NCBI GenBank assembly: GCA_963767925.1
Contig: CAVYGB010000010.1
Span: 1,472,001 to 1,536,000 of the forward strand
Direction: 5' to 3'
DNA: 64,000 bases
Origin: an uncultured delta proteobacterium
Lineage (GTDB): Bacteria > Myxococcota_A > Polyangia > Fen-1088
Of the stretch, positions 49,019 through 58,891 are shown one piece after another. Every line of letters starts with the position of its first letter. Position 1 is the first letter of the stretch. The position numbers were made by a program, and so were the translations under genes. Below the pieces are notes generated by a model, which was not told where the DNA came from, ran no database searches, and worked only from the letters and a program-made list of their open reading frames with translations.

Positions 49019-51142
49019 ATGAAGTCTCCCCGCCTCCTCTGCGTCAGCCTGCTGCTGCTCGCGTTGCCCGCCTTCGCCCAGACCCCGCCCGCGCCCACGC
49101 CCGCCCCGAAGGCGGCGACGGCGACGGCGCCCGCCCCGGCCGCCTCCGCCGCGGTGCCCGCCACCCCGCCCAAGCCTCCGGCTCCGGCCGCGGGCGGCTG
49201 CGGCAGCGAGCGCCCCAAGCTCGACGCGATCAAGACCGCCGAAGGCCTCGTGATCGCGCCCGACGGGACCATCTACTTCACCCAGCCCTTCGGCACCGGC
49301 AGCTCGGGCTTCCTGGGCCGCTTCCGCCCCCCGTACACCGCGCCCGAGCTGCAGTGGGTGGACCTCGGCGGCAAGGCCCTGGGCCTCACCCTGGACCCGA
49401 AGCGCCGCGTCCTCTACGCCGGCTCGCGCGACCGCAAGAAGCTGCTCGCCATCTACCTGGCGGCCAAGCCGGACGTCGCCGAGATCGCCGACGTCGAGCC
49501 GACCATCAACGGCGTCACCCTCGGTGAAGACGGCGCCGTCTATTACACCGACCAGAAGGGGGCCCACGTCTACCGGGTCGCCGCCGACGGCAGCAAGACC
49601 CAGGTCACGAAGACCCCGGTGGAAGATCTCAACGGGATCGCCTTCGGCCCCGACGGCAACCTCTACGTGCTCACCTACGCCAAGGCCAAGGTGACCCGCC
49701 TGACCCTCGCGCGCGGCAAGGAGAAGTCGCGGGCCCACTTCGCCGACGTCACCGGCGGCAAGAACGCCGACGGCATCACCTTCGACAAGGAAGGCCGGAT
49801 GTACGTGACGGCGGGGGACCTGTTCCGCCTCAGCCGCGACGGCAAGAAGGTGGAGTCGCTCGGCGCGGCCTACGGGGCCAACGCCGACTTCGGGGTGGGC
49901 GCCCTCGGCTGCTCCGACCTCTACACCGCCGGCAACGGCAAGGGCATCTTCCGCTTCGAGAACGACTCCCCCGGCGTCGACGTGCCCTGGCACCGCCCGG
50001 TGGCGAAGGTGAAGGAGAAGGTGCCGGCGCCCTCCCCGCCCCCCGCGGTTCCGGCCAAGCTGGCGGCCAAGGTCAAGCTCGAGCTGGTCACCAGCGACAC
50101 GACCGAGGCCCTGGCCCTGGTGGCGGTCCCGGGCGAGCCGGTGGGCCGCCTGTTCGTCGTGGAGAAGCGGGGCCCCATCCGCATCCTCAAGGGCAAGACC
50201 ATCGAGCCCAAGCCCTTCCTCGATCTGACCGGCAAGGTGTCCCTGTGGAAGCGGGAGAACAGCGAGCAGGGCCTGCTCGGCATGGCCTTCCACCCCAGAT
50301 ACAAGGACAACGGCCGCTTTTACATCCACTACACCGACCTCGACTGGAAGACCCGGGTGGTGGAGTACAAGGTGCGGGCCGACGATCCCAACCAGGCCGA
50401 TCCGGCCAGCGCCAAGGATCTGCTCGTCCGGCACCAGCCCTACGACAACCACAACGGCGGTCACCTGGAGTTCGGCCCCGACGGCAAGCTGTACGTGCTG
50501 CTCGGCGACGGCGGCAGCGGCGGCGACCCCCACTACCTGGCCCAGAACCCGCGCACCCTGCTCGGCAAGATGGTGCGCTTCGACGTCGACGCCGAGAAGC
50601 CGGCCCCCGAGGTGATCGGCTCGGGCCTGCGCAACCCCTGGCGCTACAGCTTCGACCGCAAGACCGGTGACCTCTACATCGCCGACGTCGGCCAGAACGT
50701 CTTCGAATACGTCCACTTCCTCCCGGCCAAGAAGGTCAAGGGGCCGACCAACTTCGGCTGGAACACCGTCGAGGGCAAACACTGCTTCCAGGCCGAGAAG
50801 TGCAACCGCAAGGGCTACACCCAGGCGGTGCTGGAGTACCCCCACAGCGAGGGCTGCTCCATCACCGGCGGCTACACCTACCGGGGCAAGGCCATCCCCG
50901 AGCTGGCGGGCGCCTACTTTTACAGCGACTACTGCACCGCCATCCTGCGCAGCTTCCGGATCAAGAACGGCAAGGCGGTCGACTCCTGGGACTGGAAGCA
51001 GGCCCTCGACCCCGACTCGCAGATCGCCCAGGTGGCCTCCTTCGGCGAGGATCAGGACGGCGAGATCTACGTCGTGACCCACGCCAAGGCGATCTACAAG
51101 ATCGTCCCCCGCATCCCCGGCGAGCAGGCCAGCAACCGCTAG
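49019..51142 (+). CDS. Secreted fusion of an SMP-30/gluconolactonase-like propeller and a PQQ-dependent glucose/sorbosone dehydrogenase
   Basis: Signal peptide; AEGLVIAPDG, INGVTL, LNGIAFGPDG, ADGITFD; then EQGLLGMAFHP, NHNGGHLEFGPDG..GDGGSGGDP, GLRNPWRYSFD. Confidence 0.88.
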   Translation: MKSPRLLCVSLLLLALPAFAQTPPAPTPAPKAATATAPAPAASAAVPATPPKPPAPAAGGCGSERPKLDAIKTAEGLVIAPDGTIYFTQPFGTGSSGFLGRFRPPYTAPELQWVDLGGKALGLTLDPKRRVLYAGSRDRKKLLAIYLAAKPDVAEIADVEPTINGVTLGEDGAVYYTDQKGAHVYRVAADGSKTQVTKTPVEDLNGIAFGPDGNLYVLTYAKAKVTRLTLARGKEKSRAHFADVTGGKNADGITFDKEGRMYVTAGDLFRLSRDGKKVESLGAAYGANADFGVGALGCSDLYTAGNGKGIFRFENDSPGVDVPWHRPVAKVKEKVPAPSPPPAVPAKLAAKVKLELVTSDTTEALALVAVPGEPVGRLFVVEKRGPIRILKGKTIEPKPFLDLTGKVSLWKRENSEQGLLGMAFHPRYKDNGRFYIHYTDLDWKTRVVEYKVRADDPNQADPASAKDLLVRHQPYDNHNGGHLEFGPDGKLYVLLGDGGSGGDPHYLAQNPRTLLGKMVRFDVDAEKPAPEVIGSGLRNPWRYSFDRKTGDLYIADVGQNVFEYVHFLPAKKVKGPTNFGWNTVEGKHCFQAEKCNRKGYTQAVLEYPHSEGCSITGGYTYRGKAIPELAGAYFYSDYCTAILRSFRIKNGKAVDSWDWKQALDPDSQIAQVASFGEDQDGEIYVVTHAKAIYKIVPRIPGEQASNR

Positions 51143-51154
51143 CCAGTCGCCGCC

Positions 51155-51195
51155 AAGGCCGGGCCCGCGCGCAGCGCGGACCCGGCCTTTTTCTT
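51155..51195 (+). terminator. Intrinsic terminator
   Basis: AAGGCCGGG-CCCGCGC-GCA-GCGCGGA-CCCGGCCTT followed by TTTCTT, after the stop at 51142. Confidence 0.8.
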
Positions 51196-51256
51196 GCCGT
51201 TCAGGAGATCCCTACCCGGGGGGGTCCCGCTTGCGCGGGCGGTGGAAGATGCTCTC

Positions 51257-52546
51257 ATGGGGGGCGTGACACCCTCGAGCGCGCACCGCGCGATCAACGC
51301 GGTCTGGAGGATCGAATCGCCCCGGCTCATCGCCGGCCTGGCCCGCATCGTGCGCGACGTCGGCCTGGCCGAGGAGCTGGCCCAGGACGCGCTGGTCACC
51401 GCGCTCGAGAAGTGGCCCGAGGCGGGGGTCCCGGAAAATCCCGGCGCCTGGTTGATGGCCACCGCCAAGCACCGAGCCATCGATCAGTTTCGGCGCAACA
51501 AGCTGCTCGACCGCAAACACGAGGAGATCGGGCAGGACCTGGAGTCCAGCCAGGGCGACGTGGTGACCGAGCTGGAGGAGGCCCTCGACGACGACGTGGG
51601 GGACGACCTGCTGCGGCTGGTGTTCACCTCCTGCCACCCCATCTTGCCCCGCGAGTCGCGGGTGGCGCTCACCTTGCGCCTGCTGGGGGGCCTCACCACC
51701 GAGGAGATCGCCCGCGCCTTCCTGGTCTCCGAGCCGACCGTGGCCCAGCGGATCGTGCGGGCCAAGCGGGCGCTGGCCGACGCGGCCGTGCCCTACGAGG
51801 TGCCCCGCGGCGCCGAGCTGGCCGCCCGGCTGTCCTCGGTGCTCGAGGTGGTCTACCTCGTGTTCAACGAGGGCTACTCGGCCACCGCGGGCGATGACTG
51901 GATCCGCCCGGGCCTGTGCGAGGAGGCCATGCGCCTGGGACGCATCCTGGCCGCGCTGTCGCCCGGAGAGCGGGAGGTGCAGGGCCTGCTGGCCCTCATG
52001 GAGCTGCAGGCCTCCCGCCTGGGGGCCCGCACCAGCGCCAAGGGTGAGCCCATCTTGCTGCTCGACCAGAACCGGGGTCGCTGGGACCACGTGCTCATCC
52101 GCCGGGGCCTGGCCGCCCTCGAGCGGGCGGAGCGCGGCGGCGGCCCGCGCGGCCCCTACGCCCTGCAGGCGGCCATCGCCGCCTGCCACGCCCGGGCCCG
52201 CGCCGCCGACCAGACCGACTGGATGCGGATCGCGACGCTGTACCAGGAGCTGGCCCAGGTGGTGCCGTCGGCGGTCGTCGAGCTGAACCGGGCGGTGGCG
52301 GTGGCGATGGCCTTCGGCCCGGCCGCCGGCCTGGCCATCGTCGACACGCTGGTCGACGAGCCCACCTTGCAGGCCTACCACCTGCTGCCGGGGGTGCGGG
52401 GCGACCTCCTGGCCAAGCTGGGGCGCAACCAGGAGGCGCGGGTCGAGCTCGAGCGCGCGGCCGCCCTCACCCGCAACACCCGCGAGCGCGACCTGCTGCG
52501 CGAGCGGGCGGCCGGCCTGGCCACCGCCGCCGAAAAAAGCCGCTGA
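51257..52546 (+). CDS. ECF sigma factor with a C-terminal TPR extension (ECF42-like)
   Basis: AEELAQDALV.ALEKWP..GVP.NPGAWL, DDLLRLVFTSCHP, YLVFNEGY, QAAIAACHA, LNRAVA. Confidence 0.92.
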   Translation: MGGVTPSSAHRAINAVWRIESPRLIAGLARIVRDVGLAEELAQDALVTALEKWPEAGVPENPGAWLMATAKHRAIDQFRRNKLLDRKHEEIGQDLESSQGDVVTELEEALDDDVGDDLLRLVFTSCHPILPRESRVALTLRLLGGLTTEEIARAFLVSEPTVAQRIVRAKRALADAAVPYEVPRGAELAARLSSVLEVVYLVFNEGYSATAGDDWIRPGLCEEAMRLGRILAALSPGEREVQGLLALMELQASRLGARTSAKGEPILLLDQNRGRWDHVLIRRGLAALERAERGGGPRGPYALQAAIAACHARARAADQTDWMRIATLYQELAQVVPSAVVELNRAVAVAMAFGPAAGLAIVDTLVDEPTLQAYHLLPGVRGDLLAKLGRNQEARVELERAAALTRNTRERDLLRERAAGLATAAEKSR

Positions 52547-52620
52547 CGCCGCCGACGACGCGACCCTCACGGCCGGCGCGCCCGGGGGGCGCGCCGGCCG
52601 GGGTGGACCGGAGCGAGCGG

Positions 52621-54154
52621 CTACAACACGCGCAGGAAGGCCAGCAGATCGCTCTTTTCCCCCGCGTTCAGGCGCAGCCCGAGCACGAGGTTGAAGAACT
52701 CGACCGTGTCCTCCAGCGTGAGCAGCCGGTCGTCGTGGAAGTAGGGCGGCGACTCCTTGATCCCGCGCAGGGGGAAGGTCTTGATCGGCCCGTCGGGCTT
52801 GGTCTGGTTGCCGTTGATCATCCGGTGGGAGAAGAAGCGATCCACCCGCAGGTCGTGCATCTCGTTGTCGGTATAGAAGGGCGCCGGGTGGCACTCGGCG
52901 CAGCGGCCCTTGCCCGAGAAGATCGCCTCACCCCGCACCTCCGCAGCGGTGGCCAGCGCCGGGTCGAGCCGGCCGTACAGGTCCAGCTTCGGCGCCGGGG
53001 GGAAGTCGAACAGCTCCTGCATCTCGGCCATGGGGTGCACCTGGGCCCCCCGGTCGAGGAGGTTGACCCCCTTCTTCTGGGCCGAGACCGGGTCGCCGTC
53101 GAAGTAGGCCGCCCGCTGCTCGAACTCGGTGAAGTCCTCGATGCTGCGCAGGGCCCGCTGCGAGCCGAACAGCCGCTGGATGCGCACCCCCCGCAGCGAG
53201 GGGGTGTCGATGCGGTTGCGCATCTCGCCGCGGCCGGATGTCCCCCACCAGGTGGGTGGCGGCGTTGGTGTGCCCGTTGATGTGGCAGTCGAAGCAGGAC
53301 ACGCCCAGGGCCGGGCGCAGCGCGCGCCGGTCGTCGGTGAGGTTGAACTGCTGCTGGGCGAAGGGGGAGACCAGCAGGCGCAGGCCGTCGAGCTGCTTGG
53401 GGTTGAGGATCGCCTTGAACAGCTCGAAGAAGTTGTCGGTGGTGACGAGCTGCCCGTCCGAGACGTCGCCCAGATCCGGGCGGGTGGTCAGGAAGATGGC
53501 CGGCGGGAACTCCGGCAGGAAGTGCTCGGGCAGGTCGAAGTCCAGGTCGAAGCGCTCGAGGTCGCGCCCGGTCTGCCGCTTCAGGTCCTCGATGGTTGTG
53601 CGAGGAAAGGTCATGCCCCCCTCGGTGTGGTTGGGGTGGGGCAGCGGCAGAAAGCCCAGGGGGAAGAGGTCGCCGGCCTTTATCGCCTCGGGGGTCAGCG
53701 CGCCGAGGTCGTCGAAGGTCACCCCGGCGGGCAGCCGCACCCGCACCCCCTCCTGCACGGACTTGCCGCGGGTCATCTCCAGATCCGACGGCCGATCGGC
53801 CAGGTCGTAGCGCGCCTGCAGCAGCGCCTGCTGGCGCATGGCCGCGATGGGACGGACCTCCTGCCCCTTGCGCAGCAGGGCCGCGAAGTCGAAGTGCTGG
53901 TCGCCGGGCAGCGGACCGGGGGCCACGCCGGGGGGCCTGTCCGAGGGGGGCGGCGGCCCCCGATCGGGCACCGGCGCGTCCGGGTCGGGCAGCGTCGAGG
54001 CCGAGCCGATGGCCGATCCGGTGATCGGCTGCTCCGCCTCGCTGCAGGCGGCGGCCAGCCCGACGAGCGGGACGAGCCAGCGGGCGGGACGGACAGCGGG
54101 GGGGCGGGCGGGGGGGCGGGCGGAACCAGGACAGGATCGTGACTCGCGGAGCAT
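52621..54154 (-). pseudogene. Di-heme cytochrome c (peroxidase-like) lipoprotein split by one frameshift near 53225
   Basis: Lipobox AAAC; CFDCH in the upstream frame; RIDTPSLRG, CAECH, PPYFHD in the downstream frame; may be a sequencing error. Confidence 0.8.
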
Positions 54155-54358
54155 GGACGGTCCTCCTTGCGCCAGGGGAAGCGGGCGCCGAAGGAAGGTA
54201 AGCTCGGCGGTTCGATCGACGACCGGGGCGTCTACCGAGCGCGCACGTATACAGTCCGCAAGGGAGGTGGTCGCCCGACCCGGCCCTGAGGCGAGCGCGG
54301 CTGCGCGATCGTCTCCCGACCGTCGCGCGGCTGCGGCCGACTCGCGGCTATGCCGCGA

Positions 54359-55351
54359 CTATCGGGCGCCGCACAGGAGGTTTCCCTGACAGACCTGGCC
54401 GGCGGGACACTCCTGGTCGCTCTCGCACGAGACCTGACCGGGGATCACGATCGGCCGCGTCACCTCCGAGCGGAGGCTCAGCTTCACCCGGCCGGCGGGC
54501 AGCGCGGTCGCGGTCTGCGAGGAGCGGGCCAGCACCACCGAGGGAAACCCGGCCGTCCCCAGGGCGACGAGCTGGCCGAGCAGGCCCGCCGGCAGGGTCA
54601 GCGATCCGGAGTCGGGCACGTCGCAGTCGAGCTTGCCCTTGGTCCCGCCATGGACGCTGAGGTCGAGGATCACCTGGACGCGGGTCTCCTCACTGGCGGC
54701 CGGCGGGGTCCAGCGCAGCTCGACCGCCTTGCCCGCCTCCACCGTCACCGGCGCCGGCGTCAGCACCTCGAGCGGGCTGATGCCCTTGCCCGCGAGGGCG
54801 AACGACCCAACTTCTCCGCCGCTGACCGACACCGCCACCGGCGCGCCCGGGGCGAAGGGGGGAAAGGCGAGGGTCAACCCGATCGGGAGCTGGTACTGCG
54901 AGGCGATGGCCTCGATCTCGATCGGCGCCGCCGTGCCCCCCTCGCCGCGCAGCCCCTCGATGCGGGCGGTGCCGGCGTTGCGCAGGGACGGCTCCGGCTG
55001 GCAGACGCCGCCCTCCAGGCAGACGCCGGCGCCGCAGGGCGGATCGCAGAAGAAGGCCTGCGGCAAGAACAGGGCGCAACCACCCGCCTCGCCGGTCTTG
55101 CGCCACTGGGTGCGCGATACGAAGGGGCCGTCGTACACGCCCCCCTGCACGGCGGTGTGGGCCGGTCCGGTCGGCGTCGCCGCCTCGAGGCGGATCTCGA
55201 AGCCGCCGATGTCGCGGCCCGGATCGCCGGTGACCGTCGGTCCGGGCGGGGCGCCACCGCTCGCCTCCTCCCGGGAGCAAGCCCCGGCCAGCACGAGCCC
55301 GGCGGCGGCACAGACCTCGAACACGACGCGGACCCGAGTGGCAGATCGCAT
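54359..55351 (-). CDS. Cys-containing lipoprotein, hypothetical
   Basis: LAGAC lipobox; FCDPPCGAGVC; LDCDVPDSGSLTLP; C-terminal CESDQECPAGQVC. Confidence 0.8.
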   Translation of the reverse strand: MRSATRVRVVFEVCAAAGLVLAGACSREEASGGAPPGPTVTGDPGRDIGGFEIRLEAATPTGPAHTAVQGGVYDGPFVSRTQWRKTGEAGGCALFLPQAFFCDPPCGAGVCLEGGVCQPEPSLRNAGTARIEGLRGEGGTAAPIEIEAIASQYQLPIGLTLAFPPFAPGAPVAVSVSGGEVGSFALAGKGISPLEVLTPAPVTVEAGKAVELRWTPPAASEETRVQVILDLSVHGGTKGKLDCDVPDSGSLTLPAGLLGQLVALGTAGFPSVVLARSSQTATALPAGRVKLSLRSEVTRPIVIPGQVSCESDQECPAGQVCQGNLLCGAR

Positions 55352-55411
55352 GGCGTCCTGCTCTCTTATCGCTTTTCGAGGTCGGTTAGAAGGCCGCCCT
55401 GATAAACCTGG

Positions 55412-57241
55412 GTGGTGTCGATCCTGCTCAGCGCGTCCGGGCTGACCCACAGCTTCGGGGCGAGGCCCCTGTTCGAAGACGTCGGATTCACCTTGTCCGA
55501 GGGGGATCGCGTCGGGCTGATCGGCCCCAACGGCGCCGGCAAGTCCACCGTGCTGAAGATCCTGGCTGGCGTGCAGTCCCCCGACGGGGGCAACGTCGCC
55601 CGCCGGGGCGGGCTGCGGGTCGGTTACCTGCCCCAGACGCCCGAGCTGCCACCCGGCGCCACGGTGCGCGAGGCGCTGCGCTCCGCGCTGGCGCCGGCCG
55701 GCGGCGATTCGGACTGGGAGCAGGAGGCCCTGGTCGACGAGACCCTGTCGCGGCTGGACCTCACCGAGGCGGCCAGCGCCGACTCGCTGGTGGGCGAGCT
55801 GTCGGGCGGCTGGCAAAAGCGGATCGCCCTCCAGCGCGTGCTGATGGCGGCCCCCGATCTGCTGTTGCTCGACGAGCCGACCAACCACCTCGACATCGAC
55901 AGCATCCTCCGGCTGGAGACGGCGCTCGCCGGCGCCCGCTTCGCCGTCGTCCTCGTCACCCACGACCGGGCCTTCTTGCAGCGGGTGGCCAACCGCATCC
56001 TCGAGCTCGACCGGCGCAACGCCGGGGGCCTGCTCGACATCGCCGGCGACTACGCTACCTACACCGAGCGCAAGGTGGCGGTGATGGCCGCCCAGGAGCG
56101 GCGCGAGGAGGTCCTGCGCAACACCCTGCGCCGGGAGACCGAGTGGCTGCGCCGGGGGGCCGCCGCCCGCACCACCAAGCAGCAGGCCCGCATCCAGCGG
56201 GCGGGGGCCCTGTCCGAGGAGGTGGCCGAGCTGGGGGGCCGCAACCGGGACCGCAGCCTGGCCCTCGACTTCCAGGGGCAGGGGCAAAAGCCCAAGCGGC
56301 TCATCGAGGCCAAGGGCATCGGCCACCGCTACGGCGAGCGGACGGTGTTCGACAAGCTCGACCTCACCATCGCGCCGGGCACCCGCCTGGGGCTGCTGGG
56401 ACCCAACGGCTGCGGCAAGTCGACGCTGCTGCGCGTGCTGGTGGGCGACCAGGTGCCGAGCAGCGGGACCGTGTTCCGGGCCGAGGCGCTGCGGGTCGGC
56501 GCCTTCGAGCAGGACCGGGGCTCGCTCGATCCCACCCTCTCGGTGGCCGACACCGTCTGTCCCGACGGGGACTTCGTCGACTTCCGGGGCACCCGCCAGC
56601 ACCGCTTCGGCTACCTCGAGCGCTTCCTGTTCGGCAACGAGCAGATGAACGTACCGGTCGGCCGGCTATCGGGCGGCGAGCAGGCGCGCCTGCTGGTGGC
56701 CCAGCTCATGTTGCGCCCGGCCCACGTGCTGGTGCTCGACGAGCCGACCAACGATCTCGACCTGCCCACCTTGACCGTGCTCGAAGAGGCGCTCACCAGC
56801 TTCGATGGCGCGGTCTTGCTCGTGTCGCACGACCGCTACTTCCTCGACCAGGTGGCCACCCGCATCCTCGCCTTTCACACCCGCCCCGACGAGCTCGGCC
56901 AGATCTCCAGCTTCAGCGGCCTCGATCAATGGGAGGCCTGGTACCCCGGCCAGACCGGCGGTCGGGAGCGGAGCGCGAGCGGCGGGGCCCGGGCCGACGC
57001 GGGAGGGGGGACCCGCAAGCGCAAGCTCGGTTTCCGCGAGCAGAGGGAGTGGGACAATATGGAGGGGCGGATTGGGGAGGCGGAGGCGCGGTTGCGGGCG
57101 CTGGAGGAGGAGAGCAGTCGCCCGGAGGTGGCGGTGGATGCGGGGAGGTTGATGGCGCTGATGACGGAGATGGAGACGGCGCGGGCGGAGGTGGATCGGC
57201 TGTATGCGCGGTGGGCGGAGCTGGAGGCGCTGGTGGGGTGA
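55412..57241 (+). CDS. uup: ABC-F ATPase (Uup-like)
   Basis: Two ABC domains ([52 protein letters not shown]), EWLRRG..AR.TK linker, coiled-coil tail. Confidence 0.9.
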   Translation: MVSILLSASGLTHSFGARPLFEDVGFTLSEGDRVGLIGPNGAGKSTVLKILAGVQSPDGGNVARRGGLRVGYLPQTPELPPGATVREALRSALAPAGGDSDWEQEALVDETLSRLDLTEAASADSLVGELSGGWQKRIALQRVLMAAPDLLLLDEPTNHLDIDSILRLETALAGARFAVVLVTHDRAFLQRVANRILELDRRNAGGLLDIAGDYATYTERKVAVMAAQERREEVLRNTLRRETEWLRRGAAARTTKQQARIQRAGALSEEVAELGGRNRDRSLALDFQGQGQKPKRLIEAKGIGHRYGERTVFDKLDLTIAPGTRLGLLGPNGCGKSTLLRVLVGDQVPSSGTVFRAEALRVGAFEQDRGSLDPTLSVADTVCPDGDFVDFRGTRQHRFGYLERFLFGNEQMNVPVGRLSGGEQARLLVAQLMLRPAHVLVLDEPTNDLDLPTLTVLEEALTSFDGAVLLVSHDRYFLDQVATRILAFHTRPDELGQISSFSGLDQWEAWYPGQTGGRERSASGGARADAGGGTRKRKLGFREQREWDNMEGRIGEAEARLRALEEESSRPEVAVDAGRLMALMTEMETARAEVDRLYARWAELEALVG

Positions 57242-57361
57242 GGGGGGGGCGGCGGCGGAGGCGGAGACGGAGAGGAGAGTGAGTCGGGGACCGGGACGGG
57301 CACGCATACGGGGACGGGGACGGAGACGCCGGGGGGGGCGATTGAGCTGTCTTGGCGAGGG

Positions 57362-58348
57362 TTAGAGCTCGCGGAGTTTGCGGGCTTCGGCCAGGAGGCG
57401 GCCGGGGATGACGGTCGAGACGTCGCCGTCGGACTTGGGCAGCAGGCGGTTGAGCTTGCTGAGCACGTGGCTCATGGTGTTGGGGAAGAGGCCCTGGAAG
57501 GCGCGCAGGACCCTGGCGGGCCAGCCCAGCACCAGCTCGGGGGTGCGCAGCTTGGCGGCCTTGACGATGCTTCGGGCAGCCCGACGGGCGTCCATGCTGG
57601 TCAGGCGGGCGGTGGCGGCCAGGCTGAACCAACCGAACTCGCTGTCCTGACGGCCCTTGAACATGGCGTTGGTGTACGAGCCCGTGCGCATCAGGCTGGG
57701 CACCACCGTCGTCACGCTGATCCCGTCCGGGGCCAGCTCGACGCGCAGGCCCTCGGAGAAGCCGCGGGCGGCGAACTTGGCCGAGTCGTAGGGCAGGAGG
57801 TGGGGCACCGCCACGCTGCCGCCGATGGAGGTGATGTTGACGATGCGCCCGCCCGGGCCCTGATCTTTCATCTCCCGGACGGCCGCCAGGCTGGTGTGGA
57901 CCACGCCCCAGAAGTTGACCGCCATGGCGTGCTGGAAGTCGACGATGTTCATGGCCTCGGCGGGGCCCACCTGGATCACCCCCGCGTTGTTGACCAGGAT
58001 GTCGAGCCGCCCGAAGCGCGCCACAACCGCCGCCACCAGCGCCTCGACCTGGCTCCGATCGCTCACGTCGCAGACGGTGGTGAAGACCTCGTGGCCGAAG
58101 TTGGCGAGGTTGAGACGGGCCCGCTCGAGATCGCCCGGATCGCGCGCGCAGATCGCGACCTGACACCCCTCGGCGGCGAGCTCGCGCGCCAGCAACATGC
58201 CCAGCCCCCGCGAGCCGCCGGTCACCAGCGCGACCTGCCCGCGCAGGTTGGTCCGGCGCGCGCGCCACTCCTTCCACAGCAGGTAGCCGGCCCCGGCCGC
58301 CGCCACCGCCGCCAGCCATCCGCCTCGTCTCGAGCTTTTTCGCACCAT
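57362..58348 (-). CDS. SDR family oxidoreductase with an N-terminal membrane anchor
   Basis: TGGSRGLG, NNAG, NITS, YDSAK; GGAGG RBS. Confidence 0.93.
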   Translation of the reverse strand: MVRKSSRRGGWLAAVAAAGAGYLLWKEWRARRTNLRGQVALVTGGSRGLGMLLARELAAEGCQVAICARDPGDLERARLNLANFGHEVFTTVCDVSDRSQVEALVAAVVARFGRLDILVNNAGVIQVGPAEAMNIVDFQHAMAVNFWGVVHTSLAAVREMKDQGPGGRIVNITSIGGSVAVPHLLPYDSAKFAARGFSEGLRVELAPDGISVTTVVPSLMRTGSYTNAMFKGRQDSEFGWFSLAATARLTSMDARRAARSIVKAAKLRTPELVLGWPARVLRAFQGLFPNTMSHVLSKLNRLLPKSDGDVSTVIPGRLLAEARKLREL

Positions 58349-58365
58349 GCCTCCTCCAGCAGGCA

Positions 58366-58393
58366 AGATGGGACCGCAAGCCCGAAGTTCAAC
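58366..58393 (-). promoter_or_regulatory. Putative alternative-sigma (RpoH-like) promoter
   Basis: GTTGAA-N15-CCCATCT, 17 bp upstream of the SDR ATG. Confidence 0.55.
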
Positions 58394-58529
58394 CCCACCC
58401 CCGGGGGCGTGCACCCGGGATGACACACGCTCGATCGCGGGACCCCTCCGGCGTGAGCGGGTCGAGCCGTCGGCGCTGCTAGGGACTGTTTTCGAAGTAG
58501 TCGGGTCCCCTCGCTTCGCTCGGGCCCGA

Positions 58530-58880
58530 CTAGTAAGTCTTCGCCCGCTGCTTCCAGAGGGGCTCGCGCTGGGGCGGGCCGGGCTCGGGGGGCAGGTAGA
58601 CCGGGAGCGACGCCGTCGAGGGGGCCGCCTCGGCCGCCTCCGTCGCGGCCGGGGCCGGGCGAGTAGCCACCTTGGCCGGGGCGGCCGGGCCGCCGGGATC
58701 GGACTGCAGGGGCTCCTGCCCGCGTCGCGCCGCCGCGGCCTGCCCACCCGCCGACGGGGCCACCGCCGCCGCCGACCGGTGGTTCATCGGCTGCGGCGCC
58801 ACGACCGTCTTGCGGCAGCCGGCGGCCGCCGCCAGCACGCCCACCAGCGCCACGGTACCCATCTTCGTCGACCACCTCAT
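58530..58880 (-). CDS. Small Pro/Ala-rich lipoprotein
   Basis: Lipobox AAGC; GAGGAGG RBS; directly after pilX. Confidence 0.7.
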   Translation of the reverse strand: MRWSTKMGTVALVGVLAAAAGCRKTVVAPQPMNHRSAAAVAPSAGGQAAAARRGQEPLQSDPGGPAAPAKVATRPAPAATEAAEAAPSTASLPVYLPPEPGPPQREPLWKQRAKTY

Positions 58881-58891
58881 GAGCAACCTCC

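Noticed and set aside
46175..51082. 1635-aa minus-strand ORF
   Set aside because: Antisense shadow of the kinase and dehydrogenase genes.
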